From: Eledone cirrhosa
Lineage: Eukaryota
Length of the DNA: 64,000 nucleotides
Assembly: GCA_964016885.1 (NCBI GenBank)
Contig: OZ024741.1
Location: 356,438,001-356,502,000 of the forward strand
Direction: 5' to 3'
Shown: in pieces, positions 52,646 to 64,000 of the stretch
How the letters are laid out: every line of letters begins with the position of its first letter
Numbering within the stretch: position 1 is the stretch's first letter
Program-made: the position numbers and the translations under genes
The notes under the pieces: model-generated
Databases searched by the model: none
Told to the model about the DNA's origin: nothing
Seen by the model: the letters and a program-made list of their open reading frames with translations, nothing else

Positions 52646-53877
52646 CCCTCTCATCCTCTTTTTGCTCTTCCCCCTTTCCTCTTTTGTGATTTCCTTCTCT
52701 TTTTTACACTCTTATCTCCCCATCTTTTCTTAACATTTTTGTCAATACTTGTTCCTCTCTGTCTCTTACTCGATTTCATCTTTCTCTTTCTCACAAGAAT
52801 CCACCCAATCAGCTAACTCCACTCAATTTGGTGTTAGGCTAACCCAGTTTTTAATTGTCTGAGGAACCTGTAGCATGCAGTGGAAACAGCCCACTGAATC
52901 AGACTTAATAAACTATTAATCTCTAATGAGTATATAAATATACACATTTAGTGTAAACATGAAATATTTATATATTTCCATGTAGATTGAGAAAATGATG
53001 AATGTCTTTAACTGATTTTCGACCTTTGTTGGGGACTCATCAGAGGATATAGTGCTAACCATTAAATCATCATCACTATTATCATCATTTAATATTTGTC
53101 TTCCCTGCTGACAAGGGTTGGACAGGTCATCAGCAGACCAGGTCAGTACTCAAGCAGAGGTACTGACCCTATGAATGGGCCAAGAGCTTGCTTCTTCCTT
53201 ACATATATTCCTGCATTTTACTGAGTGCTCAGAGGGGTAGGTGGCCTGCAACTCACTTATATATGATCTTGTTCACAATCGAGTGCATTTTATCATAAAA
53301 TCAGTACAAGGGAGGTTGACATGTCTTTGAGATATTTGACAGGTTTTGTATGGTTTGGATGTCCTTCCTATCACCAACCACTTTCCAAAGTATACTGGGT
53401 GTATTTATTGTGTAAATCACAAACACTTTGACACTGCTGATTGCATTTTATTAGTGTTTATACTCAATGTGTATATTATATATGTATTCATGCAGTCTTA
53501 ATTAACCTTGTACTGAATATATATGCAGAAATATATATGTAATTATCATATATTTAAAATTTATCATAATTTTAAATTGTACACTAAGTAGCTAAAAATT
53601 AATTACCACTATATACACACCAATAATATACAAATTAATTCCTCTATTTCATGATTAGTACTTCATTTGGTAGTTTTATAAGCAATCAGTTATGTTTTGT
53701 GGTTTTTCAGTGGTGTAAATATCCTCCAATGTAAGTACAATAAAGGTAAAAAACTGATTATAATGTTCATCATTTTTTTCAATCTACCAGGGAAATATAT
53801 AAATTTGACATGTCAATGTGTGTATTTATATATACATTCCTTGGTCAACACTGTACTGTATGTATATAAATACATAT

Positions 53878-54276
53878 TTACCCAATTACACCTCTCAAAG
53901 ACAATGGCACACGACCGTGACTTCTGGCGTCACACAGTAATACAGAGTACCCGACCTCCCATGGGTACATGCTGAAGCATATAAACAATATGCCCCCACA
54001 CCCCCCACTGCAAGGTGGTCGTGGAGGTGCCACGGCAAAAAAGCACCCAGCCCACACTGTAAAGTGGACGTGTAGGCTCCACGAAAAAGCACCCAACACT
54101 CACTGTAAATGAGGTTGGTGTTAGGAAGGGCATCCAGCTGTAGAAATCAAGCCAGATCAGTTCCTGTATGAGCAAGGCATGGTCAGCCGACCAGACACTG
54201 CACACAACAGGACAACCCGTCTAACCCATGCTAGCGTGGAAGAACGGACGTAAAACGGTGATGATGATGATGATGA
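53878..54276 (+). mobile_element. RTE family B 3' end
   Basis: Near-identical to 35335-35770, with a (GAT)n tail. Confidence 0.85.
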
Positions 54277-55024
54277 TTTATATGTATATCCTATCAGAAT
54301 TACTGCCCTCTGGGTAGCTTTCTGTTAATGCATATATTTGAGTGTTTTGTAATGTATCTATTAATGTATACAAATGTACGAAAAAGGACAACTACATTTT
54401 TGACATGCCAATGATATGAATTCGCACCAAAATATTTCATCTTACTGTTAATTGAATTTAATAAAATGATGATTGTTTTCTACAAAATTGGGACCCAAAC
54501 TTAATTAGCAATGATGGGATATGAACCAGTTAATAAAGACATGATTGAAACAGTCCAGCACAACACCTTCAATGAGATTCAATAAGATTTTTGAATGAAA
54601 CTTTTTCTTATATTGACTCATAGATTTTTTTTTTATTGACTTTTAGATACTTAAGTGGAAGCATGTGGCCAAGTAGTAAAGGTGTTGGACTGATGATCAT
54701 AATGCGGTGGGTTCGATTCCTGGGCTGGACTGGCATCATGTCCAGGAGGGAGTCTTGTACTCTCAGTCACTTCACACCACAAAACTGGGATAAGCACTGG
54801 TCTGATGAGCCCTCACTCTTGAGACAGACTTTAGACTAGACTAGAGATAGATACTTGATAACTTTTATTCAAGGACAGTGCTAAGTAGTGTTTTTTCTGT
54901 GATTTGTGAACAATATAGACGCACAATGCTATATTTGATTTTGTGGTTTATTTACTTTAATACTAAAGTATAACACTTATATTTCCCATCATTGTTATCT
55001 GTGTGAACAGACTATGTGTGTGTA

Positions 55025-55084
<60 letters not shown>

Positions 55085-55214
55085 CTGACATGCTGTCTGC
55101 TGCACAACCGATATATATATGATAATTTATGAACACCTTCCAGCACAGAGACATCCACAAATATACATAGTATTAGGGGAATCAGGGACAGAGATTAATA
55201 ATTGATTTTGTTAT

Positions 55215-57380
55215 TGTCTTTGATCTCTTTGATTCTGTGCTGGATGTTCGTGATAAGAGAGGGGCTGAGTTGTCAACTAATCTCCATCTAGTTACCTGCG
55301 GCTTGAGACTATCTAAATCCAAAGAAGCCCACAAAACTAGCAGGTCCAGGGTGACCTACAGGATAATATAGGAAGCATTGGTGGATAAAGAAGTGAGGAC
55401 CAGATATGCAGATACTATTGCATCCAAATTCAGATAACTCTCTGAGGAGACTGAGAATGTTGAGACAGAGTGGGGAGTGTTCAGCGCAGCAGTTTTTGCT
55501 TCGGCTGTTAAATTTTGCAGGCAAAAGAGGCTTAGTGTGGCACTGGGTAGCAGGAGGACCCCTTGGTTCAATCAATAAGTCAAAGATGCCATCTGAGCAA
55601 AGAAGGAGTCTTACAAAGCTTGGTTTGGAAATAAGTCCTCCTTCTTGCACTTGCGGTATAAGCAGGCTCGAAGAATCACAGCAGACACAGTAAAGTCATC
55701 CAAAGTTAAAACATGGGAGCACTTTGTGGTTAAGCTGGAATCTGACTTCAGATCAGCAAATAAAATGTTCTGGCAGACCATCTGCCGACTTTGTAATAAG
55801 AAGCCCTCCTCCACACCTGCTATCAAGAGCACAGAGAGGTGCATCCTTACAAGGTGGAAAAATTACTTTGCTGACCTAAACCCAATCACAACAGCATCTT
55901 CAGATGTACATGAGGTGCATCTGGGAGTGATGACTAATCTCTCAGAGGCTGAGGTCACAAGAGCAGTTAAAGAGTTCAAATGTGGCAAAGCTGCTGGGGA
56001 AGATGAAATCTGACCCAAGATGTTAAAAGCCATAAATAGAGAAGGTATTCTCAGGCTGACTCATCTGTGTCAGGTGGCCTGGATCTTGGGAAATGTACCT
56101 AAGGAATCGCAATTGGGAGTAATAATTTTCAAAAAGGGAGAGAAAAGAGATTGTTCCAATTACTGAGAGATCTCCTTGTTAAGCCTCCCCAGTAAAGTCT
56201 ATGCTAAGTGTCTGGCAAAGAGATGCAGGAAGATTTTCAAGTCCATGCTAGATGATGAACTGCAGTTTTTGCCCTGGACACAGCACAGCTGACCAAATAT
56301 TCACGCTGCGGCAAGTCTTCGAGAAATCATAGGAGTATTGCTAAGAGGTATATTCTTGTTTTGTTGACCTTGAAAAGGCATATGAACACGTTCCTTGGGA
56401 CCTGCTGTGCAAGGTTGTGGAGGAGTATGGGATTGATAGTCAGCTTCTTGCTTCCTTGATGTCTCTATATGAATGCCTGAGTATTTGTGTTTAGATAAAT
56501 GGTGCTAAATCGAAACTATTCAATGTGGGTGTTGGACTCTACCAAGGGTGCGTACTGTCACCTCTCCTGTTCATTATTTTCATGAACAGGATTGTCATGC
56601 ACAGCCAAGTTGGAAGTGGTATCACGACTGGCAGGTGTAAAATCAGTCGGCTGGAATTTGCAGACGACATGGTGTTACTTAACTCAACTTGCACTTGATA
56701 GGTTTGATGCCGAGTGCTGTATGGCTGGAATGAAAATTAGTGTTGGGAAACTGAGAAACTTGTCCTCTCAAGGAAGCCTGCGCAGTGCACTCTACATGTG
56801 AATGGAGTCCCACCAAAGCAGGTAAGGAGTACAAGTATCTTGGAGCCGTGTTCATGAGTGATAGAAGGCAGGAAGCTGAATTAAGTGCAAGAATTGCAGG
56901 AGCTGGTGCAGTAATGCGCCAGCTTCAGCATTCAGCAACCAGAAGAAGGGAGGTAGACATAAAAGCCAAACTCACTATCTTCAATTCGGTATTCGTGTCA
57001 ACTCTTACCTATGGTCATGAATCTTGGGTAATGACTGAAAGAATACGATCGCGAATACAAGCGGCCAAAATAGGGTTTCCTCCGAAGGGTCTTTGGAGTA
57101 ACATTACTTGATAAAGTGCATAACTTGGAGATCAGAGAGTTACTTCAGGTAGAACCACTACTTCTTTGAATTGAGAGATCACAGCTCTGATACTACGAGC
57201 ATGTGGTTAGAATGTCTCAAGAAACAATTACTGGATAGATTTTATGAGTATAACCAATCGGCAGGAGACCCACTTGGGGAGATGGTTGCTTCTGACAGGA
57301 CCTTTTGGAAGGAGTTTTTGAGGACTCTGCCTCCACAACACTCGCAGGAATAAATGGGTGAAGGAGAAGAAAGAAGAAAA
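55215..57380 (+). mobile_element. Degraded RTE LINE of a PHD-less family
   Basis: Remnants GKAAGEDEI, FVDLEKAY, GLYQGCVLSPLLF, EFADD, YKYLG and LTYGHESW, with a (GAA)n-like tail. Confidence 0.85.
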
Positions 57381-58046
57381 AATATATATTTATATATATG
57401 ATGATTTATATATATATATATGTATATATGATGGCTGCATCACAGGTTCGAGAGTTGTCATTCCTTGACATTTTTCTCATACATGAGGGGAATAAACATC
57501 ACATTTTAGCCTTGCCAAGGGGTTAGATTCCTTTCTACATATGATGTAGCAAAAGAAAGTAGAAAAGGCCATCCTCACGCAACACATGTGAGAGTCGTTT
57601 ACATCAAGTGATGCCTATTCTTGAAGCTTTTTTAAGTAAAGCAAGGCCTTGCACTGAACCAATATTCACTCTCAGAACAACAGTAACAGGTATCCAAAGA
57701 GAAGAACAAGTCAACATCCTTGGCTGCCATCAAGTTGCCAGTTTTTCATCTGAGTTTTCCTTCTAGGATGATGTCCAGAGAAGAACTAGGAGTTTCTCAC
57801 TCCCAGTGAGCTAACTACAATGCTCCGGCACCAACAAACCAAGGATTTCTATATTCCTGCACATATACATGTATATATATATATTGTTATACTTTGGGAG
57901 GGTCATGTTGCCAATAAGAAACACACGCACCAGTTGCTTTCACTTCAATTTATTATATATTTATAAATTTATAAATTTACAAATCTACAAACTTATAAAT
58001 TTCTGGTTGGTTGGTTGGTTCCACAACCAGATAGTTGTTTATATAT

Positions 58047-58091
58047 AGTCATAGTCCTTTCGTCACACATTCTGTGACCTCTTCAGTGACT
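58047..58091 (-). ncRNA. Minimal type I hammerhead ribozyme in the PLE 3' tail
   Basis: AGTCA-CTGAAGA-G-GTCACA gaatg TGTGAC-GAAA-GGAC-TA-TGACT. 5-bp stem I, 6-bp stem II, 2-bp stem III and CUA triplet. Confidence 0.85.
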
Positions 58092-58309
58092 GGGGATTCC
58101 TTTCTTTGTTTCTGTGCCTTTCCTTTCTTCTGTCCTACGCCATTTTGTTTCTGTGTGTGTGTTGTGTGCTCAGTTTGCGCATGCGCCACATTCGGGTGTC
58201 TGTGTGTGTTTGTGTTCATTTATCTATTTGTTTATTTATTTATTTATTTATTTACATGTTGTTGGTTGGTTGTTTGTTCTATGTGTGTGTGTGTGTTTTC
58301 ATTTTGTCC

Positions 58310-60593
58310 TTAATTGTAAGTTGTGATGTTGCTGTTCCACTCATATTTTCTATTTAATTTTGGTTGTAATTCTTTTATGCTTACTGCCTCTGTAATTTGC
58401 CTAAACATTGCATCTTTTCTGTGTGTGGATTCTATTTTTATTTCTATGTTCTCTAATTTACCCTTGTGCTCTATCTTAGCATGTTGGTAGAGCACAGATG
58501 ATTCTTTATTATCTTGAAGGTCTCGCCAGTGTTCATTTATTCGTTCCCCTATACTACGAGCTGTCTCACCTATGTACACTATATTTTTGTTTCTACATTG
58601 TCCTTCAGTACATCTTATGCTATACACTACATTTCTAGTTTTACAGTTAATATGGGGGCTTATTTTACAGGTTATACATTTCTTATCTATACATGAGGGT
58701 CTTTGGAACGGGTATGTCTTGCTAATAAGTGTTTTTACGGAGGTACCTGGTCTTTCTACTATCTTAATATTGAGTTTATGTTTATTTAGGGCCCTTCTAA
58801 ATCTGTAGGCTAGTTCGCCTCTAGGGGTTGTATTGATGAACATTACACTCTGGTATTTATTGCTATCATACCATGAGTTTATTCTATTGGCCTTGTTCCT
58901 AGTTCTTTCTATTCTATTCCAAAATTTTCTCCTATACAAGGGGCAGGTCCCATTTATGTCATTATTTACCATTTTTTCCCATTTGGTTCTGGCTCCTCTA
59001 TACACTCTGATTCTATCTCTCTGATTGTAGCCAGAGAACTGCATACGGTGGATGAAGTGTTGTATGTGTCTCTCTAGTTCTTCGGGGTTGCACATGCGGG
59101 ACACATTTCTCATCACCCGTACCAAATCCGCAATCAGTATGTTGATTTTGGTATGGTCCGAAATGGCCGAGTTTCGGTGGATCAGATGTTTGGAAGTCAT
59201 GGGTTTGGCGTAATGGGAACGGAGGATTTGTTTTTGGTTGTTAATGGTATCTAACCAGAGCTCTGTGTCTAGTACAGGTAATCGATGGTTGGGGTGTCTA
59301 CTTGGGTAGTCTATAGTAACTCTAATGCTCTGGTGGATGGAGTTTGCTATTTGCTGGATGCTTTCCATTGTGTTTTTCTCTAGTTCCTGACTGTTCTTTA
59401 GTGGGGGTGTCTTAACTACGATGTTTATATCATCTACGTAGCGGGAGTACATTATCAGGGTTAAGCTGTCTTCTAATTGTTCTTTAAGTTTTTGTTTAAG
59501 TCTACTGTCCCACCATACCATGAATAAGTTAGCTATGTCGCCTGCAATGCTAACACCAATGGCTGCTCCTTCCTCTTGGGCATATGTTTTACCATTAAAT
59601 TTGAACATATGTTCCTTAAGGGTTAATTTTATGCTGGCCCCTACCGCATGTGCAATTATTTTCTTCAGTTCATCGTGGTTTTTGGGTGTCCGTATGGCTC
59701 TGGTCCACCCGTTCCATCTATCTGTGTGGGTTTTCTTGGCCATTGAGGTAATGGTAGGTGGTCTGCCTCTTGCTGGTCTTGTAGGGCACAGGTTGCTAAG
59801 GTCATAAGTGTCTAGGTAACTATTACTATGGGTAAGCTTAAGTAGAAGTCCCAGCTCACTGGTATCAATCCCACGGAACTCAACCTTGCTCTCGCTGATC
59901 ATTTCTACGCATTTCTCCACAGCAAAATCCACGTCAATAGATGGATACAGGGACACAACATCCATACTGCCTATTATGCAGTTTGTTAGGTCCCCAGATC
60001 GGTTACCCACGCCGATTCTGCTGAGGAGGTCCTCCGTGCTGTCACATACATCTGGGGACATCTCAATGATGGGGCGTATGATCAGGGAGAGGAAGTAGGA
60101 CAGTCTGTAGTTACTAGCAATGTTAGCTCCACAGACTGGCCGTGTTGGTGGTCCCGCGACAGGGTCACAGCCTGTTTTATGGTCTTTTCGAAGCCCATAC
60201 AATGCCGGCACGTCATTGTTCCAGGCCTGGAAGTTGTTGGCAGTCCTTTTGTTGGGCTGCATTATATTCGTCCACATCACCATATGGGCATTGAGGGCTT
60301 TTTCTCTATCCTCATGCTCCTGTGGTGTTACCTCTCTTGTGTTAGTGATGTGGGGTTGCATTGCCTGGATGTAGTTTGGCAGGCTGTCAACCGACATTCT
60401 GCCAGACTTGTCTGTTGGAAAGCATGCTATCTCTCCATTATGTGAGCGCTGCATGAGCTTACGCAAGCCATTTGCAGATTTTTCTCCCAGTTGCTGGGCC
60501 TCTATTCTATTATGCTTCTTGCTATACTGTTCTATAATATTTCTAAGTTCGGATTTAGCTATACTAAATTGTGCTTCTGTTTGTTCATCGACC
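58310..60593 (-). CDS. PLE reverse transcriptase + GIY-YIG endonuclease (uninterrupted; the first ~53 codons of the 813-aa ORF read through the inverted repeat)
   Basis: TDKSG, LYGLRKDHK, SMDVVSLYPSI, QEEGAAIG, YVDD, LPVLD, Cys linker CIDKKCITC, NVVYSIRC..VYIGETARSIGERINEH..EAVSI..PKLN. Confidence 0.92.
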
Positions 60594-60793
60594 TTGTGGA
60601 ACCAACCAACCAACCAGAAATTTATAAGTTTGTAGATTTGTAAATTTATAAATTTATAAATATATAATAAATTGAAGTGAAAGCAACTGGTGCGTGTGTT
60701 TCTTATTGGCAACATGACCCTCCCAAAGTATAACAATATCGGTTTCAACACACGATTTCAGATAAAGAATCTTGCTAAAAAAATTCAGAAACG

Positions 60794-60840
<47 letters not shown>

Positions 60841-60844
<4 letters not shown>

Positions 60845-61269
60845 AGAGTATTGAAGTTTGCTTGAAGTATTGTGGAATAATAAGGTAAATTTCTTTAAGT
60901 CATTTGGAAGCCTCGACAATGCAGATGGGTAAATCTCCGGGTAACAAGATCCAGTGGTGGAGAGAGAGATGTAAGTGGGTGTACGTTGAGATGCGTGGCG
61001 TGTATAAGAACCCCCAGTTGATGGATGTGAATCCGAAATATATAGGGACAATTAAATCTCTCCCAAGGTAACTCTTTCTCGTGTTGTTATTTTTATTTTT
61101 ATCCTTTACGCTCATTCCTTTATTCCTCTACACGTTACAGTCTTATACACGCCACGCATCTCAACGTACACCCACTTACATCTCTCTCTCTCCACCACCG
61201 GATCTTGTTACCTGGAGATTTACCCATCTGCATTGTCGAGGCTTCCAAACGACTTAAAGAAATTTACCA
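60841..61269 (+). mobile_element. Orphan PLE-like pseudo-LTR with ~126-bp inverted arms and hammerhead-like spacer
   Basis: 60884-61009 inverts 61141-61268. The spacer holds CCC-CAGTTGA-T-GGAT gtga ATCC-GAAA-TATA-TA-GGG. Confidence 0.65.
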
Positions 61270-61443
61270 TATATATATATATTAGAATTGGTGCTCTGAA
61301 ATAGCGATATATATCTGAATGTATATATACAGTGTATTTTGCAATACACTGTATGCTTAATTAAAAGCATTTTGAAGTCCATACGCTATTGTTTTAAAGT
61401 AGTGACAATGTCACTTACTTAAATTTTCAGCAAACAGGGGAGA

Positions 61444-61492
61444 TAAGCTGACAGAGTTCTGTTTCGTACTTGTTGGTACTTATCAAAGCTCA
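61444..61492 (-). ncRNA. Type I hammerhead ribozyme (U3-A8 variant), inverted copy
   Basis: TGAGCT-TTGATAA-GTAC caacaa GTAC-GAAA-CAGAACTCTG-TC-AGCTTA. Confidence 0.8.
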
Positions 61493-61863
61493 CTACTCTT
61501 CCTGTTTGCTGAAAATTATGTGTGTTGGATTCTTATAGAATTCCAGTAATAATCAGGAACTGATTATACTGAGCGGTCGCCGGTCCAGCAGAAATCTCCT
61601 CTGTTTGCTGAAAATTTAAGTAAGTGACATTGTCACTACTTTTAAACAATAGCGTATGGTCTTCAAAATGCTTTTAATTAAGCATACAGTGTATTGCAAA
61701 ATACACTATATATACATTCATATATATATCGCTATTTCAGAGCGCCAATTCTAATTTTCAATTTCTGCTGGACTGGCGACTGCTCAGTATAATCAGTTCC
61801 TGATTATTACTGGAATTCTATAAGAATCCAACACACATAATTTTCAGCAAACAGGGAGAGTAG

Positions 61864-61912
61864 TGAGCTTTGATAAGTACCAACAAGTACGAAACAGAGC
61901 TCTGTCAGCTTA
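61864..61912 (+). ncRNA. Type I hammerhead ribozyme (U3-A8 variant)
   Basis: TGAGCT-TTGATAA-GTAC caacaa GTAC-GAAA-CAGAGCTCTG-TC-AGCTTA. GUC triplet and palindromic stem III. Confidence 0.85.
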
Positions 61913-62353
61913 TCTCCCTTGTTTGCTGAAAATTTAAGTAAGTGACATTGTCACTACTTTAAAACAATAGCGTATGGTCTTCAAAATGCTTTTAATTAAG
62001 CATACAGTGTATTGCAAAATACACTATATATACAATATATATATAAATATATATATGAACATACATATATATATATATATATATAGTTTATTTTAAAGTT
62101 CATAGACAGAACATGTATACAGAACTTTAGATTTTGGGGACCAGTAATGGTTAGCACTATATAGTGGAGTAGCAGTTCTAAAATCAGCCTATACAGTGGT
62201 TGCTATAACTGGACCTTGAAACATAAGGTTGCACATATATGTTAAGTGTATGAACTTTAATATAAACTAAATAAGCTCTTTTGTACTAGATTGAGTATTT
62301 GTTTCCTTTACGGATATCCTGCATATACATATATACACACACATGTGTGTGTA

Positions 62354-62435
<82 letters not shown>

Positions 62436-62591
62436 GAGAGAGAGATATATTAGGAGTTACCAATTTAGATTCAGAAGACCATTGTTCAGCTTAGTACTTG
62501 ATACTTAAGAGAGTAGAGTGTAGGTATTGAAAGGAGTTACTGCCAGATGGCTGAGCTCATATATATATACACACACACACACATATGCACG

Positions 62592-62627
<36 letters not shown>

Positions 62628-62699
62628 TATATATGCATAAAATGATGCTAATGAGGATGATGATGTATATATATATAGATACATATATATAATATAATT

Positions 62700-63580
62700 A
62701 CTCCCATACATATCCCATGAAGACAAGCGGAAGTATACATCCAGTGAAGCCTCCAGCTCACACCGTAAAGTGGTCATGATGGTGACACAACAAAAAGCGT
62801 CCAGCCCACACTGTAAAGTGGCCGTGATGGCAACATGGCAAAAAGGCACCCAGCCCACACTGTAAAGTGGTTGTGTAGGTGTACCAACAAAAAGGTGCCC
62901 AGCCCACACATGAAGGTGTCATGACAAAAAGCACCCTGTACTCACTGTATATGAGGTTGGCACCAGGAAGAGCATCCAGCTGTAGAAACCAAGCCAAAAT
63001 TGGTTCATTATGAGCAAGACATGGTCACTTGACCTGACATTGCTCACAATGCTCTTTATTGAGATTGAGTATTCTCTTGTCTATGCTATTTTCTGGAACT
63101 GCTAAGAGTACATAGTACTCTCAAATGTATGCATCGGCTGATTAGCTTCATTTGCATTCCGAGCGATTTTCATGTCACTCAAGTGAGGTGGCAGGGGTGG
63201 GAGTCTTCTGTAATATGACATATCATCAATTTACTTGATCTTGTCTCATCTGTTTTGGAAAGTTTAGCTTTCTGAGATCCATATCATCCCAAGTTTTCCT
63301 GGGCCTACCTCTTTGACAGTTTCCATCAACTTTGAGTGCCCTGCACTTTTTTATGCAACTGTCATCCTTCATATGCATCACTGTTGAAACCAGTGCAGTC
63401 TTCTCTCTTGTATATTGTATCTAATCTCTCTTATGCTCAGCTTTTCTTTTAGTTCATTGATACTTTGTTTCTCATGCACACTAACATTTCACATCCATTG
63501 GAGTATGCTTGCCTCATTTCTTTCCAGTCTTTGCAGATCCTCTACATTCAAAGTCTGCGTCTCGCTTCCATGCAGCATTG
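62700..63580. mobile_element. Old RTE fragments (+ 3'UTR 62700-63045; - ORF end 63225-63580)
   Basis: CACCCAGCCCACACTGTAAAGTGG repeats and a minus-strand MLHGSE..RGRPRKTW remnant. Confidence 0.7.
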
Positions 63581-64000
63581 GATAATGTGTTGCCTATAAA
63601 AGTCAGCATAACATTTTGCTCATGACTAATTTGAACTCACATCAATGAATTAAATTGTATGTGATACATACTGTCTCCATTGCTGACATCAGCAGCAGCA
63701 GTGAACACATGCATAGAAATTTGCATGCCTAGCATCTATAATACTGCCAGGCACTTTGCTAAATGGACAACACAATAGGCAGACAAAAACAACACTTGTT
63801 TTCTATGGGGAGTTGGAAGTGAAGAGTGACAGTCGCCTGGTGGAGGCCCTAGGCATTGACGAGGATAGTCTAAACAGCCTCTTCTGGAGGAATTTCTGGT
63901 GAGGGATTAAGGACAATTTCAAAAAATCCTTGGCATAACAGTGCTACAGAGGGGTTCTACCTGTACAAGACAAGCTCTACAGGCACAGAATAGCCAACAG

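Larger units (their letters stand above)
57883..60790 (-). mobile_element. Penelope-like element, 5'-truncated, with inverted pseudo-LTR
   Basis: 57883-58026 and 60594-60737 are ~144-bp near-perfect inverted copies. RT+GIY-YIG ORF, hammerhead in the tail, flanked by (TA)n. Confidence 0.93.
61282..62036. mobile_element. Retrozyme-like ~320-nt unit: one inverted monomer plus ~1.4 tandem monomers
   Basis: 61282-61594 is the reverse complement of a monomer. A direct repeat recurs at 61601 and ~61919. Each full monomer carries a hammerhead. Confidence 0.75.

Noticed and set aside
60594-60751. N-terminal 53 aa of the 813-aa ORF as a genuine leader
   Set aside because: It is the inverted copy of the element's non-coding 3' tail.

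Overview
Eukaryotic, AT-rich, repeat-saturated genomic DNA. The (TA)n microsatellites, RTE LINEs with (GAT)n tails, Nin-domain-like SINEs and Penelope-like elements suggest a mollusc, most likely an octopus or other cephalopod (inference). Most short ORFs in the supplied track are microsatellite or antisense artefacts. Host genes read by manual splicing: the last two coding exons of PPME1 (+, 3551-4409), a complete two-coding-exon 89-aa barrier-to-autointegration factor gene (BANF1/BAF, -, 23230-20758), tRNA-Ala(CGC) (-, 16126-16197) and a tentative micro-exon chain (-, ~33.1-33.7 kb). The rest is mobile DNA. It includes several RTE-clade LINE families (one with a PHD finger inserted inside its RT), three Penelope-like elements (one with an uninterrupted ~760-codon RT+GIY-YIG frame and an inverted pseudo-LTR), hAT, mariner, Helitron and Gypsy relics, MITEs and SINEs. 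The most notable unannotated signal is a set of type I hammerhead ribozyme motifs. One of them sits in a ~320-nt highly self-complementary non-coding unit, present in tandem and inverted copies at 61.3-62.0 kb, and has a compensatory U3-A8 core. This is a candidate retrozyme or circular-RNA element lying next to an intact-looking Penelope-like element. All calls were made by eye and repeat boundaries are approximate.
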